This document shows, one piece after another, positions 53,430 through 63,314 of a DNA stretch of 64,000 nucleotides. A program made the translations under genes and the position numbers. The stretch spans positions 32,001 through 96,000 of IMG/VR virus record IMGVR_UViG_3300050821_017570. One strand, written 5' to 3'. Within the stretch, counting starts at the first letter, position 1. Each line of letters opens with the position of its first letter. The notes under the pieces are model-generated. The model did no database searches. It saw only the letters and a list, made by a program, of their open reading frames with translations, and was not told the DNA's origin. The DNA comes from a virus.

Positions 53430-55742
53430 TCAGATCAGCTGGCAGCTGCCCCCGCTGCACGCGATGGTCTCGCTGGGGCGTGTGTTATCTTCGGCTTCAA
53501 TCAGATCACGATAGTCGACAGGCTGGTGGTCTCTCGTGAGATCTTCCCATAGCTTACAATTGCTCACATTCTTCAGGCAATACGTCATACGACGAACATC
53601 ACCATCGAAGTAGCGGGCTGCAAACTGCTTGGCACGTCGAATGAAGTCCTGCTGCATGATGACCTGGTTGCAGGTAGCACGGAACTGGGCCAACGACTTG
53701 TCGTCCCAATCACGCGATACATCTAACGCCGGCACCTCCAGCTTGCGCCCCGTACCAAGTACACACGCACAGGCGGCCCAGAGGTCGTCATCAAACGCAT
53801 GGAGCCCATCAACGATCAGACCGGACGCAAACAGCGCCCCGGTGCCAAACTCGTCAACGATCTCACGGTACGTGGGGACCTCACAGAACGGGGCCTGCGG
53901 ATAGTCAAGGTCACCGCCCTCCGGTAGGAGTGAGATGCCTGCAAAGTACTGGCGGTTCTCATAGATATAGTTGGAGACTTCCTCCCACTCGGTCGCCTTC
54001 ACACTGATGGTGTTGGAGACGCTATGACGGAGCCAAGGCTGGGCACATGCCTCGTAGACCGTACCGGCCTCGACCCAGTTTTGCTGAGTCAGCTTGACCG
54101 CCTCCAGGAGAGCCAACGCGGTGACGGACCGCTTGGTCTTCGAATGCGCCTCAGCTTCGACACAGAAGATGATGCTGGCATCGGTCTTATTGGCCGACCA
54201 GACACTCACCTCGGTGGCACGCGGGTTCGTAGCCGCATAGTGGGCATACACGGGATCCGACGTATTCGACTGCACGCGTCTAAAGTAGCGCCGTGCGTGT
54301 CGTGGGTGGATACCAGACGCCGTATCGAGTAGGCAGCTGACCGACCCCTCAGGCTTCACGCACGTCGTGCGAGCCGCTCTCGGGATACCCAACTTGGCAG
54401 CCAGCGCGGCATTGGTCTGCTTGATCAGTTCGGCACCACGCCGCTGGATCTCAGGATCCAACGTAATGTCGGGGGAATCCATGATTCCGGTCATGCTGAC
54501 GCCCAGCAGGGACTCACGAATCGTAATGGCCTCACTGATGGGGCCCAAGTAGTCAAAGCGAGTGTAGGCGGCCTGAAGCGTACCCAACATGGCGGCAGCC
54601 CGACAGGCTAACTGGAACTTCGCCTCCGTCCGACACAGTTTGGCATTGATCGTGCTGAGGTTGCAGAACTGCCAGCCAGTGATCTCGGTCTCCATATCGG
54701 TGTCTGGACTGAGATTCCATTCGCCCTGAGGATGCACCTTTAGCGCCTTGGTCAGGCTGATCTTGGGGCACGTGGTGATCTCACAGCACGGGTTCACCAG
54801 CACTTCGGTCGAGTCGGTAAAAACGAAACCTGGCTCACCAAACTCCTTGACCGACTCCATCAAACGAAGGAATTGCTCCTTTGAGGTCTGGTTACGCACC
54901 AGAATGGCAGAGTTGTTGGAACGACCACGCTGAGGATTATCAACGAACCAAGACCCCGTCTTAGCAGTCGCCATCTCGGTATCTTCGGGGCTAAACAGAC
55001 AGATGGTGGCTGACCGTCTGACCCCACCGGACAGAACGGCGTCGCTGGCGTGCATCATGATGTCGTAGGCATCGATTGGGCGCAATCTATCCGAGACGAC
55101 AGCGCACCGGTCAAGCACCTGTCGGCACAGTTCGAGTGAACGGGCCAGCCCATCCGGTCCAGGCGCCTTCCCCGAGCAGCTACTCAGGTAGGCACCCTTG
55201 GGTCGAATACCAGAATAATCGAATTCAATCGTATGGCCCTTACAGAGGCCGATCGGTTGATTGGAGTCAAAGTAACTCGACAGCAGGGCACCCAGTGCGT
55301 CAGCCCAACCCTCGATCGAATCATCCACCCGATAGACCCGCTTGGGACCCGTGGGGGCTGAAATCGATGGAAGCTGTGCGATATGATGGTGTTGGACGCT
55401 GAACCCAACCCCACACCCACACAGCAACAGCCATAATGCTTCCTGAAAGAATCTCGGACGGTCACAGTAGCTCATCACACAATTGTAAACCCGAGCGTGC
55501 TTACGCTCGATCGGCGCGCCACCGAACTGAAGGGCCCGTTGGGACCCTTGAATCAACTGCCCCAAAAGGGCTCGTTCGACCAGATCAATCTCTGCCCCCA
55601 CATCCTTGTCGGCAAAGTGCCGACGATGCATTTGGACGACACGGTCGATAGCTTCCTCATAAGTTTCCCGGCGGCCGAGTTCGGGCGACCAACGGGCATA
55701 ACGCGACGTGAAAGTAAAATTCTGCAAGTCTTGACGGGACAT
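53430..55742 (-). CDS. nrdJ: Class II (adenosylcobalamin) ribonucleotide reductase, monomeric type
   Basis: YNC; GCGVGFS; GGVRRSA; RGRSNNS; GEPG; NPCCEI; FCNL; TCVKPEG; C-terminal CSGGSC. Confidence 0.92.
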   Translation of the reverse strand: MSRQDLQNFTFTSRYARWSPELGRRETYEEAIDRVVQMHRRHFADKDVGAEIDLVERALLGQLIQGSQRALQFGGAPIERKHARVYNCVMSYCDRPRFFQEALWLLLCGCGVGFSVQHHHIAQLPSISAPTGPKRVYRVDDSIEGWADALGALLSSYFDSNQPIGLCKGHTIEFDYSGIRPKGAYLSSCSGKAPGPDGLARSLELCRQVLDRCAVVSDRLRPIDAYDIMMHASDAVLSGGVRRSATICLFSPEDTEMATAKTGSWFVDNPQRGRSNNSAILVRNQTSKEQFLRLMESVKEFGEPGFVFTDSTEVLVNPCCEITTCPKISLTKALKVHPQGEWNLSPDTDMETEITGWQFCNLSTINAKLCRTEAKFQLACRAAAMLGTLQAAYTRFDYLGPISEAITIRESLLGVSMTGIMDSPDITLDPEIQRRGAELIKQTNAALAAKLGIPRAARTTCVKPEGSVSCLLDTASGIHPRHARRYFRRVQSNTSDPVYAHYAATNPRATEVSVWSANKTDASIIFCVEAEAHSKTKRSVTALALLEAVKLTQQNWVEAGTVYEACAQPWLRHSVSNTISVKATEWEEVSNYIYENRQYFAGISLLPEGGDLDYPQAPFCEVPTYREIVDEFGTGALFASGLIVDGLHAFDDDLWAACACVLGTGRKLEVPALDVSRDWDDKSLAQFRATCNQVIMQQDFIRRAKQFAARYFDGDVRRMTYCLKNVSNCKLWEDLTRDHQPVDYRDLIEAEDNTRPSETIACSGGSCQLI

Positions 55743-55800
55743 TGAGACGCAACCTTAGCTTGGATGAAGTGGTTCCTCAGATTCATCTTCTGAGCCGGTC

Positions 55801-55831
55801 AAACAACCCGAGGGCCTCTGTGACCCCCGGG
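55801..55831 (-). terminator. Probable rho-independent terminator
   Basis: CCCGGGGGTC/GGCCCTCGGG stem with G-U pairs followed by TTGTTT. Confidence 0.55.
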
Positions 55832-55902
55832 GCTTGACTGGAACGCTACTTGGGATTGGGGATCCGAATCCTGACAAGACTCGGATCCAACACAACTATC
55901 TT

Positions 55903-56862
55903 CTAACCCCTCTGATGGGGCGGATACTTCGGAGGCGGTACGTCCATCAGGTCTCGACCGGGTTCGTAGTCACCCTCTGGAAAGTCGATTCCAAATCCGT
56001 CGCCAGGCATCCACGGCAACCGAGCCTCCGTTGCGGGTGGCCCTTCCTGCGTCACCGGTGCCCCAATGGGTCCAAACGGATACACCGTGTCGACCGGCTC
56101 GGGAACCGGCTTGGCCGTCTTGGTATCGACCAGACCGACCACTTCCATCACCTCGGGCGTGAGGACTCGGTGGCGGACCAACGAGATCTCCAGGGCGACC
56201 AGCTTGGTCAGAATGGAGAAGTCGACATCTAGTCCACCATCAGGCTGCTCGTGCCCCACACAGACCCAGCAACGCCCCTCGATCAGCTCAGAGTATGTGC
56301 CGAATATCGTCTTCAGGATCCAGACGTTCTGATTGACCGCACTGCTGGTCTCGGCTTCCGCCCATGCGAGTTCTTCAGAGATGACGTGCCAGAGTCCATA
56401 CTTACGATCCGGGTCATCAGACGAGTCAGCCTTCGGGTGGCTCCGCAGCTGGTCGATCCCACCCTGGAGCCGCTCCAGCATCTGGGCCGCATCAGGCAGC
56501 TTCTGCTTGAGCCGGCCAGCCAGATCGGGTTCGCTCCAGTGGAATCGCGGATCCGACTCGGGAGCCGGGTAGGCCGGATATGGGCTCTGACCGTGCTTGA
56601 GGGCTAGCCTCAGATGGAACTCCCACTGATGGTTAAACCCATACGCCACATGCGCCGCCTCATCAGCCGGCAGGTCTCTAATCCACTGTGGCAGCTTGCC
56701 CTTACAGCTGACACACCCGTAGCCCTTGATCAGTGCGTCCAACTCCCAGGATTTCATGCCGGTGGCGTCATCGAGACTCAAGCCTTTGGGGGCATAGACG
56801 ATGTCTCCACAGCAACGGCAGTACAGACTTACGATTGCATTAGCAGCCATAGCAGTTTTCAT
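55903..56862 (-). CDS. Hypothetical protein with N-terminal Zn-binding motifs
   Basis: CRCCG and CVSC. Confidence 0.6.
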   Translation of the reverse strand: MKTAMAANAIVSLYCRCCGDIVYAPKGLSLDDATGMKSWELDALIKGYGCVSCKGKLPQWIRDLPADEAAHVAYGFNHQWEFHLRLALKHGQSPYPAYPAPESDPRFHWSEPDLAGRLKQKLPDAAQMLERLQGGIDQLRSHPKADSSDDPDRKYGLWHVISEELAWAEAETSSAVNQNVWILKTIFGTYSELIEGRCWVCVGHEQPDGGLDVDFSILTKLVALEISLVRHRVLTPEVMEVVGLVDTKTAKPVPEPVDTVYPFGPIGAPVTQEGPPATEARLPWMPGDGFGIDFPEGDYEPGRDLMDVPPPKYPPHQRG

Positions 56863-56969
56863 GCTACCAGATCCTTGTTCCTAGGAAACAAACCTAGGTC
56901 TAAGTTGTGAGTCGCTTAGCAATGGCGACCCAACCACCCTTATGGGTTGGGTTCATAGCACGGTCATCG

Positions 56970-57269
56970 TCATGTTGGTTTCTCGAATTGCTTTTTTAGG
57001 CGCTTGTATTCTTGGAGTTTCTCACGGTGGCGGTCAGCCGCGCGAGCTTCCTGGTCTTCACGCTCCTCCTGATTTGGTGGGCGCTGAAACACGATACTCC
57101 TGTCGATACCGCCACCGTATCCCGTATCGATGCTTAGCTGGAGATTGGTTGCGTCAGGGTGTTCGGCCATGATCTCGGCTTCCAGATCCCTAATGTTCTT
57201 GATCGCCTGATCGAGTGTACAACACTCAAGCTCGATGTAGCGGCTATCGCTTACATTCTCGTATTTCAT
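56970..57269 (-). CDS. Hypothetical protein
   Basis: TGATG coupling. Confidence 0.5.
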   Translation of the reverse strand: MKYENVSDSRYIELECCTLDQAIKNIRDLEAEIMAEHPDATNLQLSIDTGYGGGIDRSIVFQRPPNQEEREDQEARAADRHREKLQEYKRLKKQFEKPT

Positions 57270-58069
57270 CAGAACATCCCTTCACTTCGGTACCTGCTAA
57301 GAAATTCAGTCATGATGGGATCGGTCTCCCGCCCCTCCATCATCTTGCCCATGACCTGCTCGAACGCTTCGTTCCGCCAGTCACGAGGCAGCACACCCGT
57401 ACAGTAGAGGACCCGACCCAGCACAGCGATCGTGTTCAGCACATCGGTGGCACAGTAAGCGGAGATCGTGTCAAGACGACCGGCCTCAAACAACGCTTCG
57501 ACATCGGTTCCATCAACCCCAACCTTACCCGGTGCACCCACCTGGTGGGCCCAAAAACCCAGACTCCCGTGTTTGCCGAGCGTGTCGAACAGATCGATGT
57601 GACCGTTGCGGCACAGGATGTGCCTTGGGTCTTCCCAGGGCGGACACGACAGCTTCAACCACTGGGTCAGATCGGTCCCATAGGCTAGCCCGAGTGCCTC
57701 CATGACCTTCATGTCGAAGCCACGACCATTGAAGGTCACCAGGGTGGGCTGATAGTGTTGCTTCACCTCATTGTACTCACGCCAAAACTCATGAACAATA
57801 TGACCGGGTTTGGTCAAATCGGTATGCGTGAGCGTCTTATGCCCCATGTACTGGAGCTGTGGATCCAACAGGGTCAGCACGATGCAGACCGGCTGATGAT
57901 ACCGAGGAGGGATGAAGCAGTCTTCCGCATCCTTGCCCTGGCAGAGCGTCGCCTTGATCCGAATCAGGGCTTCCTCCCTAGTCTCGGTACCGAGAATGCC
58001 ACCGTTGGTCTGGAGGATGAGATCGTTGTCTGGCACCGACTCTATGTCGGTCACAAAATAGCCGCCCAT
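57269..58069 (-). CDS. 3'-5' exonuclease related to PolB exonuclease domain
   Basis: DIE; LVTFNGRGFD; HIDL.D; YCATDV. Confidence 0.85.
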   Translation of the reverse strand: MGGYFVTDIESVPDNDLILQTNGGILGTETREEALIRIKATLCQGKDAEDCFIPPRYHQPVCIVLTLLDPQLQYMGHKTLTHTDLTKPGHIVHEFWREYNEVKQHYQPTLVTFNGRGFDMKVMEALGLAYGTDLTQWLKLSCPPWEDPRHILCRNGHIDLFDTLGKHGSLGFWAHQVGAPGKVGVDGTDVEALFEAGRLDTISAYCATDVLNTIAVLGRVLYCTGVLPRDWRNEAFEQVMGKMMEGRETDPIMTEFLSRYRSEGMF

Positions 58070-58336
58070 TTAGAATCCTTTGTAGAAGTGCTCGATCAGC
58101 GCTTCCAGATTGTGTTGTGTGTCTGCCGGAGTCTGCCCCAGCACCTTTGGCGCCGGTCCACCCTCATTCAGGAAATGGACGAATGGGTCACTCGGATCAC
58201 AGCCCTTTAGGACGATGATGAAGTTCCAAGAAGCATGATTCTCAAAATAGAAATACTCGAAATCATGATCAAACGTACCTTTGGCCTCGATCTCGTCCTC
58301 TAACGAGCCAATCGAGATAGTGATCCCATCAAGCAT
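58070..58336 (-). CDS. Hypothetical acidic protein
   Basis: ORF tiling. Confidence 0.5.
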   Translation of the reverse strand: MLDGITISIGSLEDEIEAKGTFDHDFEYFYFENHASWNFIIVLKGCDPSDPFVHFLNEGGPAPKVLGQTPADTQHNLEALIEHFYKGF

Positions 58337-58344
58337 ATGATCCC

Positions 58345-58797
58345 TTAGTTAATAGGGAAATCCGGCGGAGTAGACGCCTGGAAGGCTTCTACCTCTTTCC
58401 TCGCACAGGCATAAAAATGACCAATCTTGAGTTGATCGGCTGAGAAAGCCAACGCCACACCAGCTTCACACAGGATGGGGAGCCAAGGCTCCGCGATCTC
58501 CATGTGGCCTTCACCCGTTGGGGTCAGCTTGAGAATCTGGCAGTCACGGAGCGGCACCCCGATGTGGCTTTTCTGGTGACCCACCAGGTTGGTTGGCTCA
58601 CCAGCCAATAGCCGCTGGTGGTTCCATTCATCGGCTTTGCCGTCGCGTATCACCAGATAGTTGGCCCGCATGTCCAATTTGCTGAACATGAGCACCGCTA
58701 TCTCAGCCACCACTTCGTCAATTTTCTCCGGGCTCATCATGATCTTCTTCCTCAGAGGCCTCGTTGGCCCCATCGTAGTTCTCGTACGACAAACCAA
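58345..58797 (-). CDS. Hypothetical protein (start probably MMSPEK)
   Basis: ORF. Confidence 0.5.
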   Translation of the reverse strand: MVCRTRTTMGPTRPLRKKIMMSPEKIDEVVAEIAVLMFSKLDMRANYLVIRDGKADEWNHQRLLAGEPTNLVGHQKSHIGVPLRDCQILKLTPTGEGHMEIAEPWLPILCEAGVALAFSADQLKIGHFYACARKEVEAFQASTPPDFPIN

Positions 58798-59194
58798 TCA
58801 CCGTACGGAGCGAAATCGCCAACCTATCCATCATACGAGCGATCTCACCCTGAACGAGAGTAAGGCCGTGCTCGATCAGCCGCGGCTCATCGCCACGGCA
58901 GCAGAACCCGCTGAAGAAAAAATCAAACCCATCACCATTGCAGGTGTCGATATCCTCGATATGTGGGACCCCAAACTCGTAGGCCGGTAACGGCGCAAGT
59001 TTGGTCTGGGCAAGCGGTATGCCGGATTCGGAAAACTCGGAGTCACCCGTGATGAGTGGGATGGGACCATCGAAGCCAGTCACCACCATATGGGTGACCT
59101 GGATAAACGGATCGTCCTTATTCCAGCTATGCTGGTATTTAACCAGCGAGACACGGTCACCGATCTGGAACTTCACCATGCTGATTGCCGTCAT
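58718..59194 (-). CDS. Hypothetical protein
   Basis: KFQIGDRV KOW-like start. Confidence 0.5.
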   Translation of the reverse strand: MTAISMVKFQIGDRVSLVKYQHSWNKDDPFIQVTHMVVTGFDGPIPLITGDSEFSESGIPLAQTKLAPLPAYEFGVPHIEDIDTCNGDGFDFFFSGFCCRGDEPRLIEHGLTLVQGEIARMMDRLAISLRTVIGLSYENYDGANEASEEEDHDEPGEN

Positions 59195-59195
59195 G

Positions 59196-60146
59196 TTAGA
59201 CCTTCGATGCCGCCAATACCTGGCGGCCCTTCTCGGTAATTGTGCGACCCGCTGGAGTCGTCTCGATGTAGCCGCTCTTCAGCAGCCACGGCAGGTATAT
59301 CTCAGACACCGTCAATGCTTCCTCATCCATCACTGAGGCCAACGTATTGAGCCCCATGGTACCACGGGAAGAGCCGGCCAGGCAATCCAGCAGCTGAACC
59401 TCAGCGGCCGACAACCCAGTGGGGGCGTACCTGAGCCGCGTGAGGGTAGAAACCGCCACCTCACGTGTGATAGCTAGCGTGGGAAGCCCACCCGCGGCTG
59501 CGGTCTCGACACATGACTCGATAAGGCGGCCAGCGTGTCGGGCCGTCCCGTGACAGGCGGTCGCCAGCACGGCTGCCGCTTCCCCAGTGATGGCCTCCGC
59601 TTCAGAATTTTGAGCCATCCAGGTCAGCACGTCGATCATCTCACGGTCAGTATAGGATTCGAGGCGAATCGTATGTTTGAACCGATCCAGCAGTGGAATC
59701 GGAAGCAGCCCGTCTCGTGTGGTGCAGCCGACCAACGTAAACGCCGGTAGCGTTAGGTTCAGAACCTGACGCTTATCACCCTCACCCAACACGATCGGTA
59801 AGACCGAGTCCTGCATCACACTGTAGAGGGTTTCCTTGAGCGGCATCAGCAGGCAATGGATCTCATCCAGCACCAGGACCTGACCCTGCTTGACCGTTGA
59901 CAGCGTAGGGAGCAGGTCGGCCGGTTTCTCGATACTGGCACAGTTCACGACCGTGGACTGGCTCCCCAGCTCGGCCGGCAGTACATAGCTGGCCAGTGTG
60001 GATTTACCCAGACCGGGTGCACCCGTGAACAGAACGTGACCGTGAGGGCGCCCCAATCGCTTGGCCGCCCTCGTGGAAACCTTCAGATGCTCAATCGCTG
60101 CCGTCTGCCCGAGAAATGTCTCAAAGCTATTCGGCCGCGGAATCAC
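59196..60146 (-). CDS. ruvB: Holliday junction branch-migration ATPase RuvB
   Basis: RP..F..F.GQ; HVLF.GAPGLGKSTLA; LDEIH; FTLVG.TTR.G.L..PL.DRF; E..Y.P.L..GY...TP.GR. Confidence 0.95.
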   Translation of the reverse strand: MIPRPNSFETFLGQTAAIEHLKVSTRAAKRLGRPHGHVLFTGAPGLGKSTLASYVLPAELGSQSTVVNCASIEKPADLLPTLSTVKQGQVLVLDEIHCLLMPLKETLYSVMQDSVLPIVLGEGDKRQVLNLTLPAFTLVGCTTRDGLLPIPLLDRFKHTIRLESYTDREMIDVLTWMAQNSEAEAITGEAAAVLATACHGTARHAGRLIESCVETAAAGGLPTLAITREVAVSTLTRLRYAPTGLSAAEVQLLDCLAGSSRGTMGLNTLASVMDEEALTVSEIYLPWLLKSGYIETTPAGRTITEKGRQVLAASKV

Positions 60147-60484
60147 GGAGCCGGCTCAGCAGCGGGCGTAGCAGCGGGCGTAGCAGCGGGTGCTGCGGGT
60201 GCTGCGGGGGCCGCGGCATCGGCAGGAGCGGGTGTCTCGACCGGCTTCGCCATCTGAGGATTCTTCTCCAGCCACAAGCTGGTGGTTATGGCGGCGTTGG
60301 CCAGGTGCTCGATGTCGATATGGAAGGTACGATCCTTATCACCATTGAACTGGACAACCAGGCCACCGCCCTTGCGAGCGATCATCACGAGAGCATTCAC
60401 CTCGTCGGAGACCTTTGCCATAAGGACTGGGATAATCATCAGGTCATCAAGATTGAAATCAGCGGGTAGCTTTTGCGTCTGCAT
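60143..60484 (-). CDS. Hypothetical protein with Ala/Pro tail
   Basis: ATGA coupling to ruvB. Confidence 0.5.
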   Translation of the reverse strand: MQTQKLPADFNLDDLMIIPVLMAKVSDEVNALVMIARKGGGLVVQFNGDKDRTFHIDIEHLANAAITTSLWLEKNPQMAKPVETPAPADAAAPAAPAAPAATPAATPAAEPAP

Positions 60485-61022
60485 GGATGTCCAAAAGAGT
60501 AATGAGGGTAAGGATATGGTCGCGTTCCAGGTCGATGCCTTCGGCGTGGTCCGCGTACCGTACCTGAGAATAGCTCGCAGAGAAGCACTTTATGTTGTCG
60601 TCCTGAATGATGCGATTATCGGTCAACGCATCCACTAGGCCTTTGCAACCACCCACGAGATTCGCATGATCGTAAAAACGACCACGCTTGGGTACCAGGC
60701 GGGTAAAGTGCCAAACCGAGTAGGGGAGTGAGAGCCCAGACAGCTCACGCATCAGTACCGACACGAGGGTTCGCCAATCCTTAGCTTCCCGAGCAGCTTG
60801 AGACCAGTGGCGTCTCGCGTACTGGTTCTGAGAAGGGATTTCGAGCGTCGCTCGATACGTGACCGGCAGCGTAACCGGAAGCGTAACTGACTCTGTCGTA
60901 GCCGTCTTAACAGCTGGGTTACAGGCGCTGAGATGCTTACGTGCACCAGCGATATCATCAATCTCTACGACACGGCCACAGCTAGGGCAACTAAACCGCA
61001 CGAGCAGGCTTCTCCAGCACAT
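60459..61022 (-). CDS. RusA-like Holliday junction resolvase
   Basis: IPSQN; D.ANLVGGCKGLVDAL....I.DD. Confidence 0.65.
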   Translation of the reverse strand: MCWRSLLVRFSCPSCGRVVEIDDIAGARKHLSACNPAVKTATTESVTLPVTLPVTYRATLEIPSQNQYARRHWSQAAREAKDWRTLVSVLMRELSGLSLPYSVWHFTRLVPKRGRFYDHANLVGGCKGLVDALTDNRIIQDDNIKCFSASYSQVRYADHAEGIDLERDHILTLITLLDIHADAKATR

Positions 61023-61413
61023 CAGTGAGCTGGTAGATCCGATGAAGCGAGAAGCTCGTCACGGTAATGGGTTCGGCCACCGGTGCACCCTCCATGGGCT
61101 TACCAGTAGCGATCGCATAGACGACTGCACCAGTAGCGCTGGGGACAAACAACCGAATACCGTCGAGGGCCAAAATACTGAAGGGCTGTTGAAGCGAAGC
61201 CTCTGGCTCACGAATCAACTGCTTAACCACCGAAGCAACCAACGGTGGCTTGAAACCGGCCAAGCCAAGTAACACACCCAGAACCCCTATGGCGACCTCA
61301 AGCCTACTCAAGGCTTCAAGGTCGGCGCAGTAGGGGGTCAGCAATCCATCAAAACTATCCGAATGATCACCAAGACCGACTCGGGTCAGCACCTTAAGTC
61401 CTTGTTCAGACAT
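60991..61413 (-). CDS. Hypothetical protein
   Basis: ORF tiling. Confidence 0.5.
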   Translation of the reverse strand: MSEQGLKVLTRVGLGDHSDSFDGLLTPYCADLEALSRLEVAIGVLGVLLGLAGFKPPLVASVVKQLIREPEASLQQPFSILALDGIRLFVPSATGAVVYAIATGKPMEGAPVAEPITVTSFSLHRIYQLTDVLEKPARAV

Positions 61414-61444
61414 AGTGGCTCCGATCGGTCTTGGTGATGTGGAT

Positions 61445-61753
61445 TCAGATATTGGCGGTGAGACGGAAGTCGAGCTGGTATCCCTTCACGAGACCACCAT
61501 CTGCTTCATCTCGGAACGGGTGTGGGCCGCCCGCAACCGCGATACCATAGTTGCCGTAGCCCATCTTGGCCGCTTCCTTCACCACCGCGCTCTTGCATTC
61601 GCTGGAGCGCAGGGCCGTAATGGCCTGTGAGATCTGTTCGGGCTTCGACGGATCCACCGTTACGTGGGCGATCAGAATTGCCTTATTCATACTCACGATG
61701 GTATCGGACTTACGAACCTCGAACGGTAGGCCATCAAGCGTCATGTCACTCAT
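61445..61753 (-). CDS. Hypothetical protein
   Basis: AAAGGA RBS. Confidence 0.55.
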   Translation of the reverse strand: MSDMTLDGLPFEVRKSDTIVSMNKAILIAHVTVDPSKPEQISQAITALRSSECKSAVVKEAAKMGYGNYGIAVAGGPHPFRDEADGGLVKGYQLDFRLTANI

Positions 61754-61798
61754 AGGATTCCTTTAGGTTGGGTCTAGCATATGGGGTTACCTGGTGAG

Positions 61799-62437
61799 TC
61801 AACCCTCATCCAGGTAGGTAAAGCCGTCACCATAACTCCAATATTTCGGCCCCAACAGGCGCGGGCCAATCCGCTTCTCTGTAACGATCTCCCCATCGGG
61901 CTGAGCCAGTGTGACATCTCTTTCAGTTAACTCATCAGCAATGATGGTCTTCACGTGTGCAATCAGGTTGGTCACATACTCAACCCACTCGTCAAGATGG
62001 GTTGCAAAGCTACTACCATAGTGGTACTGGAATTCTGCTTCAGTCAATAGCCCCATATCGGTGGAGTCGACGAAGATGACACCAGTCTCACTGATTGCGA
62101 TCGACTTAACCAAATGTGAATCAATCTTCTGGATCCAACACAAATTGATGGTCTTCGGATTCCAATGATTGTCCTCATTCAGAATCGATGCCCAGTCCAG
62201 CGCAGCCGCCGACCAAGCCTCATACAGCGCTTCCCCGCCAGCCTGGCAGGCTAAACGAAACCGCTCCTTCTCGGACCAGTCGATGATTTCGTGTACACGA
62301 GCCACGTGCTGTGGCTCATACGGAAGTGCTTCAAAACAACAGGTAAGAAACTCCTTTGATAGGTCATCGGGTAACCCGATCGGCCTTGGGGTTTCTGGGA
62401 TGGCCAGCTTTCCATCCCTAAACGTTATCTTCGCCAC
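61799..62437 (-). CDS. Hypothetical protein
   Basis: ORF. Confidence 0.55.
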   Translation of the reverse strand: MAKITFRDGKLAIPETPRPIGLPDDLSKEFLTCCFEALPYEPQHVARVHEIIDWSEKERFRLACQAGGEALYEAWSAAALDWASILNEDNHWNPKTINLCWIQKIDSHLVKSIAISETGVIFVDSTDMGLLTEAEFQYHYGSSFATHLDEWVEYVTNLIAHVKTIIADELTERDVTLAQPDGEIVTEKRIGPRLLGPKYWSYGDGFTYLDEG

Positions 62438-62455
62438 AATGTGGCTTTCTAGAGA

Positions 62456-62950
62456 CTAGGTCTCTTGGGGAGCCTCACTCGGGTCGGCTTCTGCCTCCGG
62501 CGCGGTCTCCGGTTCCTGGTCCCGTTTAAAGCTATTCCAGCCAGCTTCCCGCTTACGAGAAGTCTGACCGTACTGGAGCCTAAACGTGGCCTGGTCGATA
62601 AATGGAAATGGTGTCGTGAACCTACGAATAATCTGAAGTGAATCTTGAAGAATACGGTTCAGACGACCGATCTCCTGACAACATTGCGCCGTTGTGAGCG
62701 TTGTAGGGTCTAGCCGAAGCGAAGCCGTGGTAGCGGTCTGAAACCTAACGTACTCGACAAGAGGGTGTTTGGCCCTTCCGACCTTAGCGAGTAGAAAGTG
62801 GATCTCCTCCATCACCCCAACCAGACGAGTCACCTCGCCTGGTAACAGTTCAGCCGGCTGATCTACATATCGGATCGTTTCCTCTCCGATTCGGTAGACG
62901 ACTGGGACGCTACGGGGCTTCTGTTTACGCTTCCGCGACTTACGTGGCAT
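62456..62950 (-). CDS. Hypothetical protein
   Basis: Start refined to MPRKSRK. Confidence 0.5.
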   Translation of the reverse strand: MPRKSRKRKQKPRSVPVVYRIGEETIRYVDQPAELLPGEVTRLVGVMEEIHFLLAKVGRAKHPLVEYVRFQTATTASLRLDPTTLTTAQCCQEIGRLNRILQDSLQIIRRFTTPFPFIDQATFRLQYGQTSRKREAGWNSFKRDQEPETAPEAEADPSEAPQET

Positions 62951-62954
62951 AACC

Positions 62955-63314
62955 CTACCTATCCAGTTGGGTGGTGAGTTTGACCGAAATCTCCGCGCCG
63001 AGTAACGCCACCACCGAGGCGTGCTCGAACTCAACCTGGTGACCCTTAACAATCGCTAACACAATCTCACCACGGATCAGGTTAGCTAGCTCTCGATGAC
63101 CAGAGTCATCATCCTCATACTCGTGTACCATCGGAACCCCACCCTTGCGAGGGGCCGACATAGCGAACAGCTTCGGCTTGGCCTGAACCGCCATAGGGGT
63201 GGCTGGTCCAACAGCTTCTGACCGAAACGCTTCGAGTTGTTCCGGAGCCAATCCTACCTGATAGGAGGGCTGACCAAGCGGCTCATGTCTGAATCCAAAT
63301 ACCTTACTGGGCAT
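62955..63314 (-). CDS. Hypothetical protein
   Basis: ORF tiling. Confidence 0.45.
   Translation of the reverse strand: MPSKVFGFRHEPLGQPSYQVGLAPEQLEAFRSEAVGPATPMAVQAKPKLFAMSAPRKGGVPMVHEYEDDDSGHRELANLIRGEIVLAIVKGHQVEFEHASVVALLGAEISVKLTTQLDR

Noticed and set aside
60150-60235. Short tandem repeat AGCAGCGGGCGT
   Set aside because: Encodes an ordinary Ala/Pro linker tail
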